The notes beneath the pieces are model-generated. The model had not been told where the DNA came from. It did not search any database and saw only the letters and a program-made list of their open reading frames with translations. Source: Promethearchaeota archaeon (GTDB taxonomy: Archaea > Asgardarchaeota > Thorarchaeia > Thorarchaeales > Thorarchaeaceae). From it: a DNA stretch of 32,000 nucleotides. The stretch lies in the NCBI GenBank assembly GCA_027031765.1, contig JALVPN010000217.1, positions 27,719 to 59,718 on the forward strand, in the 5' to 3' direction. Each line of letters opens with the position of its first letter. Positions within the stretch are counted from its first letter, which is position 1. Below, piece by piece: positions 1-8,600 of the stretch. The position numbers and the translations under genes are program-made.

Positions 1-636
1 CATGACTCAAAGATGGAAACCTTCGAGGAGCAGTTGGACACGCTCAGCGAGATACGCATGCTCGTCCACACACAACCAAGACTTGCGGCTGTGCCGAAGA
101 AGAGGCCAGATGTTACAGAGTACAAGGTAGGGGCCTCCAGCGTACAGGAGGCTTTCGAGTACGCGAGAGAAATCCTTGGGACAGATGTACGTGTTGCTGA
201 TGTCCTCCAAGAGGGGACACTGGTAGACACTATTGCTGTGACCAAGGGGCACGGGTTCCAAGGCCCTGTCAGACGGTGGGGCGTCAGGATACTCCAGCAC
301 AAGTCACGTAAGACAAAGAGGGGTGTCGGGTGCATCGGGCCGTGGACACCCACGAACATACGCTACACAGTCCCACGTGCAGGACAGACAGGGTTCCACA
401 CACGCACAAGCTTCAACAACGAGGTCTTGCGGATGGGTGAGCGAGGCGAAGAGATTACCCCTGCAGGTGGCTTCGTGAACTATGGTGTGATAAGGGGAGA
501 CTATGTGTTGCTGTGGGGCTCTGTGCCGGGCCCTGTGAAGAGGCCAGTCCGGATGCGATACGCCATCCGCCCGCGACGCTCACACCTTGGTACGGTGACG
601 AATGTGACATACATCAGTACGGCGTCGAAGCAGTAG
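1..636 (+). CDS. rpl3: 50S ribosomal protein L3 (uL3), 5'-truncated by window edge
   Basis: Frame open from position 1. Contains uL3 motifs (AVTKGHGFQGPVRRWG, GCIGPWTP, RAGQTGFHTRT). First gene of the L3-L4-L23-L2 block. Confidence 0.97.
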   Translation, partial: HDSKMETFEEQLDTLSEIRMLVHTQPRLAAVPKKRPDVTEYKVGASSVQEAFEYAREILGTDVRVADVLQEGTLVDTIAVTKGHGFQGPVRRWGVRILQHKSRKTKRGVGCIGPWTPTNIRYTVPRAGQTGFHTRTSFNNEVLRMGERGEEITPAGGFVNYGVIRGDYVLLWGSVPGPVKRPVRMRYAIRPRRSHLGTVTNVTYISTASKQ

Positions 637-653
637 AGGAGGGCTGAAGGACA

Positions 654-1442
654 ATGACTAGAGTAAAGACCTACTCGCTCAAGGGCAAGGCAGGTAAGGA
701 AGTGGAGTTACCACCACAGTTCGAGACCCCTTTCCGCCCAGATGTGATAAAGCGAGCTGTGCTGTCAATACAGTCGTACCGGCGCCAGCCACATGGTGTG
801 GACGAGCTGGCAGGGAAGCGCACGACGGCAGAGAGCTGGCAGACGGGACACGGGCGGTCACGTGTACCCCGGGTCAAGGGTGCAGGGACGCGGGCTGCGA
901 ACTCGGGCGCGTTCGCACCAGGGACTGTTGGTGGTCGGGTCGCACACCCACCTGAAAGCCGCAAGGTGATTGTTGAGCGCATCAACAAGAAGGAGAAGCG
1001 ACTGGCAGTCCGCTCAGCAATTGCAGCCACTGCCGACCGCAGGATTGTTGCATCTAGAGGACACAGGATTGACGGCGTGCCCGAAATCCCACTGGTCGTA
1101 TCTGACGACCTTGAAGGGCTGCAGACGACACGTGAGGTGAAGGAGTTCGCATTGCGACTCGGTCTGGACGAAGACCTCAGGCGCGCAGTCAGCGGCAGGA
1201 AAATCCGGGCTGGAAAAGGCAAGATGAGAGGACGCCGGCTCAAGACACCCAAGTCGTTCCTGATAGTGGTCGGCAGAGACCGCGGGGTCTTGAGGGCGGC
1301 TAGGAACATCCCCGGGGTCGATGTGTGCGAGGTGCACGGCCTCAACGCGGAGCTCCTAGCACCAGGGACGCATCCGGGACGGCTCGTAGTCTGGACGAGG
1401 TCGGCAATCGAACGCCTCGCCTCAGAGGGGCTGTTCATGTAG
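654..1442 (+). CDS. rpl4: 50S ribosomal protein L4 (uL4)
   Basis: AESWQTGHGRSRVPR, GGRVAHPP, RAGKGKMRGRR and LLAPGTHPGRL motifs; synteny. Confidence 0.97.
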   Translation: MTRVKTYSLKGKAGKEVELPPQFETPFRPDVIKRAVLSIQSYRRQPHGVDELAGKRTTAESWQTGHGRSRVPRVKGAGTRAANSGAFAPGTVGGRVAHPPESRKVIVERINKKEKRLAVRSAIAATADRRIVASRGHRIDGVPEIPLVVSDDLEGLQTTREVKEFALRLGLDEDLRRAVSGRKIRAGKGKMRGRRLKTPKSFLIVVGRDRGVLRAARNIPGVDVCEVHGLNAELLAPGTHPGRLVVWTRSAIERLASEGLFM

Positions 1443-1455
1443 GAGGTGACAGGAA

Positions 1456-1719
1456 GTGAGAGACCCAAGCCAAGTCATAATCCGTCCAGTGGTCACCGAG
1501 GCCAGCCTCGATGCGGTGGAGAACGAGAACAAGCTCATCTTCTATGTTGACAGGCGTGCGAATAAACACACGATACGCTGGGCCGTAGAAACACTGTACG
1601 AGGTGGTAGTCGAAAAAGTGAACACCCTCATCATGCCAGATGGAAAGAAGAAAGCGCTCGTGAAGTTGAGCCCAGAGTACAGTGCTGCGGATGTTGCGAC
1701 CCAGCTGGGAATATTCTAG
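1456..1719 (+). CDS. rpl23: 50S ribosomal protein L23 (uL23), GTG start
   Basis: IIRPVVTE, NKLIFYVD and KKALVKL motifs. GGAGGTGA Shine-Dalgarno upstream. Confidence 0.96.
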   Translation: MRDPSQVIIRPVVTEASLDAVENENKLIFYVDRRANKHTIRWAVETLYEVVVEKVNTLIMPDGKKKALVKLSPEYSAADVATQLGIF

Positions 1720-1729
1720 GGGTGGTCAG

Positions 1730-2449
1730 ATGGGAAGAAGAATCCTTGTCCAGAGAAAGGGACGCGGCACAGACCAGTGGCAGTCACCGGGCCACAAGAA
1801 GATTGCTCCCGTCCGACATCCCAAGTGGGCACCCGGGAAGACCTATGTCGGTCGGATCACTGCACTGTACCACGAGCCCGGACGCGGCGCACCACTCGCA
1901 GAAGTGCAGTTCGAGGGGGAGAATAAGCCGCACTACATGATAGCCCCTGAGGGGGCCTATGTGGGCCAAGTGATTGAGTGTGGGGAGGACGCTGCGCTTG
2001 CTAGTGGCAACACTCTGATGTTGCAACACATCCCAGAGGGAACCCCGATATACAATATAGAGATTAAGCCAGGGGACGGCGGGAAGCTTGTGAGGTCTTC
2101 GGGCCTGGCGGGGACGCTGGTCTCAATAGACGCCACTAAGGCTATTGTCAGACTGCCGAGTCGACAACAGAAGGCCCTGAGCCCGAGGTGCAGGGCCACA
2201 ATTGGAATTGTTGCGGGTGGCGGCAGGCCGGAAAAACCGTTCCTGAAGGCTGGCGCTGTGTTCCACCACGTGAGAGGCAGGGCCCGTAAGTGGCCGGTGG
2301 TCAGGGGCGCGGCTATGAACGCCTGCTCACATCCACACGGTGGAGGTGCACACCAGAGCCCAGGACGACCGACAACTGTGAGCAGACATGCACCGCCCGG
2401 CCGCAAAGTAGGTTCAATAGCAGCTAGGAGAACGGGGCGGCGGCGATAG
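1730..2449 (+). CDS. rpl2: 50S ribosomal protein L2 (uL2)
   Basis: MGRRILVQRKGRG start, HEPGRGAP, VRGAAMNACSHPHGGG. Start moved to ATG 1730 (GGGGTGG SD) to avoid overlapping rpl23. Confidence 0.96.
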   Translation: MGRRILVQRKGRGTDQWQSPGHKKIAPVRHPKWAPGKTYVGRITALYHEPGRGAPLAEVQFEGENKPHYMIAPEGAYVGQVIECGEDAALASGNTLMLQHIPEGTPIYNIEIKPGDGGKLVRSSGLAGTLVSIDATKAIVRLPSRQQKALSPRCRATIGIVAGGGRPEKPFLKAGAVFHHVRGRARKWPVVRGAAMNACSHPHGGGAHQSPGRPTTVSRHAPPGRKVGSIAARRTGRRR

Positions 2450-2567
2450 ACAGACCGCCAGGACCTGTGCTGACGACCGTGTGACCAACATGGTCGCAGC
2501 ACAACCACCCCCACATTTACTTGGAATAACAGCCGGCCCTCCAATCAACATACTCCAGTGCAACCCT

Positions 2568-2598
2568 CGCCCCCGTCCATCGATTGGACATGGGGGCG
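2568..2598. other. GC-rich imperfect inverted repeat/hairpin in the rpl2-cdrS spacer
   Basis: CGCCCCC-GTCCA-tcgat-TGGAC-at-GGGGGCG read directly. Function unknown. Confidence 0.4.
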
Positions 2599-2659
2599 GC
2601 ATCTCATTTTGGTACAGGCACGTAATACTCACACCAATAACTGGGCCGTCAGTGCGTGT

Positions 2660-2672
2660 ACTTGTGACAAGT
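2660..2672. promoter_or_regulatory. Perfect dyad ACTTGT-G-ACAAGT immediately before the RHH gene start; candidate operator
   Basis: Sequence read directly. It ends 1 nt before ATG 2674. The operator role is inference. Confidence 0.35.
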
Positions 2673-2673
2673 C

Positions 2674-2835
2674 ATGCGTCTGATTGCAGTACATATCCCG
2701 GAGCGGTATGAGGCAGACCTGCAGCGGCTTGTGGACATGAGCCAATACCCGAACCGTTCCGAGGTGATCCGGATTGCAATACGCGACCTGCTGAAACGAG
2801 AGCTGTGGGGGCGGGTGCCCACAACAAGGCCATGA
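2674..2835 (+). CDS. cdrS: Ribbon-helix-helix (CopG/Arc/MetJ) regulator, CdrS-like, 53 aa; absent from the ORF track
   Basis: Hand translation: MRLIAVHIPERYEADLQRLVDMSQYPNRSEVIRIAIRDLLKRELWGRVPTTRP. Has the RHH beta-strand plus NRSEVIRxAIRDLL helix, and lies 18 nt upstream of ftsZ like haloarchaeal cdrS-ftsZ2. Confidence 0.88.
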   Translation: MRLIAVHIPERYEADLQRLVDMSQYPNRSEVIRIAIRDLLKRELWGRVPTTRP

Positions 2836-2853
2836 CCGGAGGCGGACAACAAG

Positions 2854-4125
2854 ATGAGATCCTTGATTGATGCAGCGAGGGAACACAGTAGGAGTGAGAG
2901 GACAGCAAACACACCACTCGACATGGGACAGGCAAGGATATTGGTTGTCGGCTGTGGTGGCGCGGGCAACAACACGGTCAAACGACTGATGACCATTGGG
3001 ATACAGGGGGCCGAGTGTATTGCAATCAACACGGACAAGCAACACCTCGCCGTGACAACTGCCCATAGGAAGCTGCTGATTGGTGAGAAGATAACGCGGG
3101 GACTGGGCGCAGGAGGATATCCCCATGTCGGTCAGGCAGCTGCCGAGGAGTCTGCCCACGAGCTCGCGGAGATGCTGAGAGATGCCGACCTTGTGTTCAT
3201 CGCCGCAGGGATGGGAGGCGGGACTGGTACTGGCAGCGCACCCGTAGTGGCGGAGATTGCCAAACAGAACGACGCCATTGTCGTAGGCGTGGTGACAATG
3301 CCGTTCAAATTGGAACGGACAAGGATTGACAAGGCGAAGGCAGGACTGGCGCGGCTGCAGGAGAATGCAGACACTGTTGTCGTCATTGACAACCAGCGCC
3401 TGATGGAACTAGTCCCAGACCTCCCCCTTGAGGAGGCATTTGGTGTTGCCGATGAGGTGCTGGCTGGAATGGTCAAGGGAATCACCGAGACCATCACCAT
3501 GCCAAGCCTAATCAACTTGGACTATGCCGATGTGAGGTCAATCATATGTAACGGTGGCGTAGCCCTTGTGGGACTGGGAGAGGCGTCAGGTGAGGGACGT
3601 GCCGAGGCCGCAATAAAGAATGCCCTCAACAGTCCACTACTTGATGTGGAGTGGAGCGGCGCTACGGGAGCCCTAATCCACATCACCGGGGGGCCAGACA
3701 TGTCCTTGGCTGAGGCCAATAGCGTGGGGATGATGGTGTCCGAGAGGATGTCATCGGACGCGAACGTGATATGGGGTGCGCGTGTTGAGCCCAGATTGAC
3801 CGGGGTGCTCAGGGTGATGCTAATCCTGACCGGGGTAAAGAGCCCGCAACTACTGCCGCGTGCCCGGGAGGAACGACGGGGGGCCTCAACAAAGTACCGG
3901 CGGCTGGCTGAACTTGGTCTGCTCAGTGCAACGACGCAGACATCCCCAAAGATGGGGGGCTACGCGCCACTGGCACTCGGGAAGGTGCCGCAGGCCTCTC
4001 GTAGACCTGCGTGGGAAGACCGGCTGAAGCCGGCGGACAGACACATGACGCCCAGGGAAAGGGGGACGAGCGCGACGGATAGGAGCAGGTTGTTAGACGA
4101 ACTCGGACTGCGGAAACTGTTCTAA
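2854..4125 (+). CDS. ftsZ: Cell division protein FtsZ (probably FtsZ2-type from the cdrS linkage)
   Basis: VVGCGGAGNN, GMGGGTGTG tubulin signature, INLDYADV T7 loop, about 90-aa C-terminal tail. Confidence 0.97.
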   Translation: MRSLIDAAREHSRSERTANTPLDMGQARILVVGCGGAGNNTVKRLMTIGIQGAECIAINTDKQHLAVTTAHRKLLIGEKITRGLGAGGYPHVGQAAAEESAHELAEMLRDADLVFIAAGMGGGTGTGSAPVVAEIAKQNDAIVVGVVTMPFKLERTRIDKAKAGLARLQENADTVVVIDNQRLMELVPDLPLEEAFGVADEVLAGMVKGITETITMPSLINLDYADVRSIICNGGVALVGLGEASGEGRAEAAIKNALNSPLLDVEWSGATGALIHITGGPDMSLAEANSVGMMVSERMSSDANVIWGARVEPRLTGVLRVMLILTGVKSPQLLPRAREERRGASTKYRRLAELGLLSATTQTSPKMGGYAPLALGKVPQASRRPAWEDRLKPADRHMTPRERGTSATDRSRLLDELGLRKLF

Positions 4126-4228
4126 CACCAACGTAGATATGCGGGCACCACATGTAGTGTCGACTCGCGGGACACACGGGAGAGCCACCCAAGGCAAACA
4201 CCGGACTGTAGTTAGCAGACGAAACGAG

Positions 4229-4663
4229 CTACTCCAGACCAATCTCTTCCTTCCACGCCTCGTAGACCTCACGCACACGTTCGGCGAGGGGGCCCGTACC
4301 ATCTACACCATCGCGGGTGATGCGGATTTTATTGAGTACTACTATAATCTGCGTATCTGGGAAGTATGTGACACCACCTGGTGGGAACTGTTTCTCCAAC
4401 TGTTTTGCCAGGCCCTCAAGACTGAGCTCCTTTTCGGCCAGCGAGAAGGACACTATTGAACGCCCGTAGAGGAACAGTTTTGGAATCCACTCGTCAGTGC
4501 CCTCTACAGTCACGTCTGCAAGTACAATGCTCAGAGACTGGGGGTCAATCCCACGGAGGGTGCCAGAGTATACCTTACCACCTGTGGTTTCAACCTTCAC
4601 CGACGCCCCAACAATGGCAGCCATCTCCCGGTTGAAGGCACGCATCGCAGCAACTTCAGACAT
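4229..4663 (-). CDS. Sm-like (Lsm) protein with C-terminal extension domain, SmAP3-type
   Basis: Sm1/Sm2 motifs (VKVETTGGKVYSGTLRGID, LFLYGRSI) plus about 65-aa C-terminal domain; 144 aa. Confidence 0.85.
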   Translation of the reverse strand: MSEVAAMRAFNREMAAIVGASVKVETTGGKVYSGTLRGIDPQSLSIVLADVTVEGTDEWIPKLFLYGRSIVSFSLAEKELSLEGLAKQLEKQFPPGGVTYFPDTQIIVVLNKIRITRDGVDGTGPLAERVREVYEAWKEEIGLE

Positions 4664-4714
4664 CTGATATCACCTAGTACATATTCGCAGTCGTGGAGGC
4701 CTCACAGGCAGGTC

Positions 4715-4722
4715 TATTAAAA
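4715..4722 (-). promoter_or_regulatory. TATA box (TTTTAATA) for the Lsm gene
   Basis: AT-rich box in a GC-rich spacer about 50 nt upstream of the Lsm start. Confidence 0.5.
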
Positions 4723-4808
4723 GTGATGCTGGTCGAGGCATCAGGGGTCTTGCCTCCGAAGTATCACATATATGACATCGCGATAGGCACGACAGTGGCG
4801 GTAGTACA

Positions 4809-5636
4809 TTGACAGCAACAGAGGCACATTTTGCAGTGAAGTACCTCAGAGAGGAAGCACTGCCAACACCGTTCTGTCCGGGGTGTGGCAACGGAATAAT
4901 AACCAATGCCTTTCTGAAGGCCGTACAAGACCTCGGGCACGAGGACCTGCACGGGTTCGCCTTTGTTTCTGGGATTGGCTGTGGTGCGTGGATACCATCC
5001 CCACACTTCAATGCCGACACCCTCCACACCACACATGGCCGGGCAATAGCCTTTGCTACGGGACTCAAGATGGCGAGGCCAGAACTCAACGTCGTCGTGA
5101 TAAGCGGGGACGGTGACCTTGCAGCAATAGGTGGCAACCACCTCATTCACGCTGCAAGACGGAACATCGACCTTACAGTCATCTGCAGTAACAACTACAT
5201 CTACGGGATGACCGGTGGGCAGGTGGGCCCGACGACCTTCACCGGCGACCGCACATCGACCACCCCATATGGCAACCCAGAACGGCCATTTGACCTTGCG
5301 CGGCTGGTGGCAGCAGCTGGTGCCAACTATGTGGCCCGATGGACGACTGCTCACCCAGTCCAGATGGCACGGGCAATTCGTGTCGCACTCGAACGCAAGG
5401 GCTTCTCATTCATAGAGGTGCTGTCACAGTGCCCAACAGCATATGGACGACGTTCCAGACGTGGCGATGCCATCAGACTGATGGGCTGGTTCAAGACGCT
5501 CAGGGTCAGGAAACCGGACGAGCCAATCCACTACCAGACACCAACAGCGGAAACACTGGACCTTGGAGTGTTTGCGGACAGGAATGAGAAGACCTTCAGC
5601 GAGTCGCTCGCAGAGATTGCTGCAGCGAGGAGGTGA
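4809..5636 (+). CDS. korB: 2-oxoacid:ferredoxin oxidoreductase subunit beta
   Basis: FCPGCG, VSGIGC, HTTHGRA, GDGD TPP-binding motif, NNYIYGMTGGQ, EVLSQCPT. TTG start. Substrate specificity not determinable. Confidence 0.92.
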   Translation: MTATEAHFAVKYLREEALPTPFCPGCGNGIITNAFLKAVQDLGHEDLHGFAFVSGIGCGAWIPSPHFNADTLHTTHGRAIAFATGLKMARPELNVVVISGDGDLAAIGGNHLIHAARRNIDLTVICSNNYIYGMTGGQVGPTTFTGDRTSTTPYGNPERPFDLARLVAAAGANYVARWTTAHPVQMARAIRVALERKGFSFIEVLSQCPTAYGRRSRRGDAIRLMGWFKTLRVRKPDEPIHYQTPTAETLDLGVFADRNEKTFSESLAEIAAARR

Positions 5637-6169
5637 CAGCGGTGAGGGTTGAGATCCGGATAGCGGGGACAGGTGGGATGGGGGTCGTGCTCGCGGGAGT
5701 GATTGTAGGTCATGCAGCCGTTGTATACGCTGGGCTTGATGCTGTGCAGACCCAGAGCTATGGGTCTGAGGCCCGGGGGACTGCAGCAAAGAGCGAGGTC
5801 ATAATCAGCGACCGGCCAATCAGGTACCCGAAGGTCAGGAGATCAGACTATCTCATTGCGATGAGCCAAAAGGCACTTGATACCTACATCGAGGGGGCAG
5901 CACCCAAGAGCAACGTGATCATAGACGCCGACCTGGTCGACGGGACTGGGCTCGACGACATGTACACAGTCATAAGAGTCCCAGCAATGAGGACTGCTGA
6001 GGAGCTCGGGAAGAGCATGGTCGCAAACATGGTCATGCTTGGGGCGCTGGCCAAGAAGATAGATGTACTCGGGACGGAGGCTCTCAAGAAGGGGGTTGCA
6101 GACCTTGTGCCCCCCGAAACGGTGGAACTGAACTTGCGGGCACTGCGGGCCGGTGCGGGTCTTGTCTAG
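5633..6169 (+). CDS. korC: 2-oxoacid:ferredoxin oxidoreductase subunit gamma
   Basis: EIRIAGTGGMGV, YGSEARG, NMVMLGAL. GTGA overlap with the beta gene. Confidence 0.92.
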   Translation: MTAVRVEIRIAGTGGMGVVLAGVIVGHAAVVYAGLDAVQTQSYGSEARGTAAKSEVIISDRPIRYPKVRRSDYLIAMSQKALDTYIEGAAPKSNVIIDADLVDGTGLDDMYTVIRVPAMRTAEELGKSMVANMVMLGALAKKIDVLGTEALKKGVADLVPPETVELNLRALRAGAGLV

Positions 6170-6441
6170 CCACCGTGGATCAGTGGGAGGACGACTATCA
6201 CATCGTCATTGGACACGAGAGTATCAAGACCATCCAAGAGTGCTATGTCAGTGTCATTACGCATGACCAGTGCATCACGTTCGATGTCGTCCGGGTGTGA
6301 CCACACTGAGGCCAGCTGTGGCACCGAACGCAACAGTTCATGGAAGACCTCCCTTACGGACACTTGACCATCGGTCTGTACAACAAACTCGGTTGTACCG
6401 CCATCTGGAGAGATGGGGCCACGGAAACGGATGCACACCAT
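6166..6441 (-). CDS. MoaD/ThiS/SAMP ubiquitin-like sulfur carrier
   Basis: 91 aa, beta-grasp pattern (VMRNDTDI...LDGLDTLV..DVIVVLP) and C-terminal IHGG. Confidence 0.88.
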   Translation of the reverse strand: MVCIRFRGPISPDGGTTEFVVQTDGQVSVREVFHELLRSVPQLASVWSHPDDIERDALVMRNDTDIALLDGLDTLVSNDDVIVVLPLIHGG

Positions 6442-6578
6442 ACTGGACGACCCGGTGCGACACAGCCGGGCACCCAGATAAAGGGCGCGCTCTAGTAGCC
6501 CGAGGACACCATTGGAGCAGGGGGCAAGTCAATGGCATCAGGGAAGGACAGTCATGCCTGAGGGGTCGCCTGACAGGG

Positions 6579-7613
6579 TCAGAACCGGAAGAGCTCTTCG
6601 TATGGCTCCATCTTGCACGCATCAAGTAGCGAGAGCAGTCTTGTCCTTAGCGACCCGATTGACTCCGAGAGGATCTGTGGACTGACTGCTCCTGCATGGT
6701 AGATGTCCTTGGTCGTCACATCGTTGACCGTCATCTCAGCAGGACTGAACAGTGCGGGATCCACCTTGTAGAAGTCGAAACCAACCGACTTGAACAACTG
6801 ATAGAAGGGGGTGCCATGCTGAGGAGAGTGTGACGACACCGCCCGCTGGACAATTGACGCCAAGTCACGCCCCTCTTGGGGACGTACAAAGAAGAATGTT
6901 GAACCACCATACAGTATGCAGTCATTAGTAAGGCCCATCGCTTTTGCATCACTATCGGCCACCGGGGCAACGGGTGCTACACCATAGCCCCTGCGGAACT
7001 CTGGCGGTGTGAGGCCCAGCTGGTGGAGCCTGTGGACACCGACCTCAACAATGCGGGAAGCTATCTGCACCGAGCCACAGAGGGAGGCCGTTGGTACCAC
7101 CACACAGTACAGGTCAGCAGGTGACACCCCACACAGCCCGGCAATCTTGCTGGTCACGGTTGGGGGCGGTATCTCCCGCGACTCTATGACAAGGACAGCG
7201 ACGGTTGAGTCATCATGATAGCCGAGTTCATCAAAGAGGTCCTGTTCGACCCGGGCCAGTGCACGTGCAGGCCCTGATGCCATTGCCACATACCCGTCAA
7301 TCTTGAGCCTCCAACCTGCGAGCTGAGACCCAAGTGTAGCGAGTGCGACGTCACGTGTGGCCACAACAGCAGCGGGAAACGTCAGGTCACCCAGATGGAC
7401 ACGAGAGATGCGCACACTGCCGAGGCCACCCATGCACACTTCGCCAAGAAGACGTCCGGCCTCTACACTGCCAGGCACATTGACACCTGCGTCGACCACC
7501 GTGGCACCATTGTCTTGCTCCCGCACCTCACAGCCGAGGGCCTCTTGGCGGGCCATTACACTCTCAAGTCTTTCAAGGGCGCAGTCATTGAGCCGGTATG
7601 AGCGCTCAGTCAT
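6579..7613 (-). CDS. mch: Methenyl-H4MPT cyclohydrolase
   Basis: VVDAGV, ATLGSQLAGW, SGPARAL, ESREIP, SVQIASRIVE, NDCILYGG, DFYKVD. Start set at ATG 7613, which overlaps the fwdC stop. Confidence 0.94.
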   Translation of the reverse strand: MTERSYRLNDCALERLESVMARQEALGCEVREQDNGATVVDAGVNVPGSVEAGRLLGEVCMGGLGSVRISRVHLGDLTFPAAVVATRDVALATLGSQLAGWRLKIDGYVAMASGPARALARVEQDLFDELGYHDDSTVAVLVIESREIPPPTVTSKIAGLCGVSPADLYCVVVPTASLCGSVQIASRIVEVGVHRLHQLGLTPPEFRRGYGVAPVAPVADSDAKAMGLTNDCILYGGSTFFFVRPQEGRDLASIVQRAVSSHSPQHGTPFYQLFKSVGFDFYKVDPALFSPAEMTVNDVTTKDIYHAGAVSPQILSESIGSLRTRLLSLLDACKMEPYEELFRF

Positions 7614-8461
7614 CTCTGTTCGTCCTCTCGCCAGTGCACATAGATCTCTGCACGTGGACGCGGCCCCGAGAAGTCGCCAATATACTTTGTCCAGAGAGCG
7701 TCTGGAGCAACAATGTCGCTGTTGAAGTCTGGTCGACGCCCCCACACATACCGCAGGTAGTAGTGGATGAACTCTCTTGGAGCTGTGCCACTGAAGCGGA
7801 AGGTGGGGAATACCCGAACCGCCCCTCCGACAAGGACCACCATACCGCGTGTGGCACCAACGCCCAAGCGTGGACCGGCCTGCCCGAAGACAACTATGGT
7901 GCCCCCCTGCATCCCGCATGCAGCATCTGGCCCCACATTGCCGCGCACGACGACCAGACCTCGCCGCATACGCGACGCCATCTCCGCCCCCACATCTCCG
8001 GCCACATAGACCCGGCCCCCTCGCATCCCCTCAAGGCTCCCAGGATATGCACCACACAGATGGTCGCCGGCATCTCCCTCGACCTGAATGTTGCCCCCTC
8101 GCATCTCGGCACCGGCCCAGGGGCCAACAGACCCGTTGACACGAATCCGGCCCGCAATCATTCCAGCCCCAAGGTGCGCCCCGGCACTGCCCTCCACTAC
8201 GAGGACACCCCCGTCCATATGTGCACCGAGCATCTTGAACCGTTGCAGATTGCCGTGGACTACGACCTCAGTCGACGATGCAGATGGGCCGGCGCTGCCC
8301 TCCACCTCAAAGAACGAGGCAAGGGGTAGTGTACGGTTCCCCTGTCGGACAGGTAGTGCTGCAATCTCATCTGCCGTCTTTCCTGCGAGGCGGGTAGGAG
8401 AGATCACCTCGGCCTCCACGGGGATGTCCACACTGTCACGGAGTCGGAGGGTAACAGGCAT
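7610..8461 (-). CDS. fwdC: Formylmethanofuran dehydrogenase subunit C (FwdC/FmdC/FhcC, GXGXG repeats)
   Basis: Repeated GxxMxGGxIxVxG motifs, N-terminal IPVEAEVISP; adjacent to mch and ftr. Confidence 0.9.
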   Translation of the reverse strand: MPVTLRLRDSVDIPVEAEVISPTRLAGKTADEIAALPVRQGNRTLPLASFFEVEGSAGPSASSTEVVVHGNLQRFKMLGAHMDGGVLVVEGSAGAHLGAGMIAGRIRVNGSVGPWAGAEMRGGNIQVEGDAGDHLCGAYPGSLEGMRGGRVYVAGDVGAEMASRMRRGLVVVRGNVGPDAACGMQGGTIVVFGQAGPRLGVGATRGMVVLVGGAVRVFPTFRFSGTAPREFIHYYLRYVWGRRPDFNSDIVAPDALWTKYIGDFSGPRPRAEIYVHWREDEQR

Positions 8462-8600
8462 AGTGGAGTCGACACCAAGCAGGAGTACGGCGGTGCACTG
8501 GATAAAAACCCTGACCTCTCATCGTACACGGCCCACAACCAGAGGACGACAAGGGTAGGAGTCAAAAGGGACTTTGGGACAGACCGCTGCGGTGGCCAAC

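Noticed and set aside
671-1468. Long antisense ORFs (also 7598-8329, 16706-17236, 21093-21830, 29845-30555, 30996-31841)
   Set aside because: These are shadow frames of well-supported genes in GC-rich DNA, with no motifs.
7614-7919. 102-aa N-terminal extension of Mch in the ORF track
   Set aside because: It overlaps fwdC. ATG 7613 gives the typical ATGA coupling and normal Mch length.
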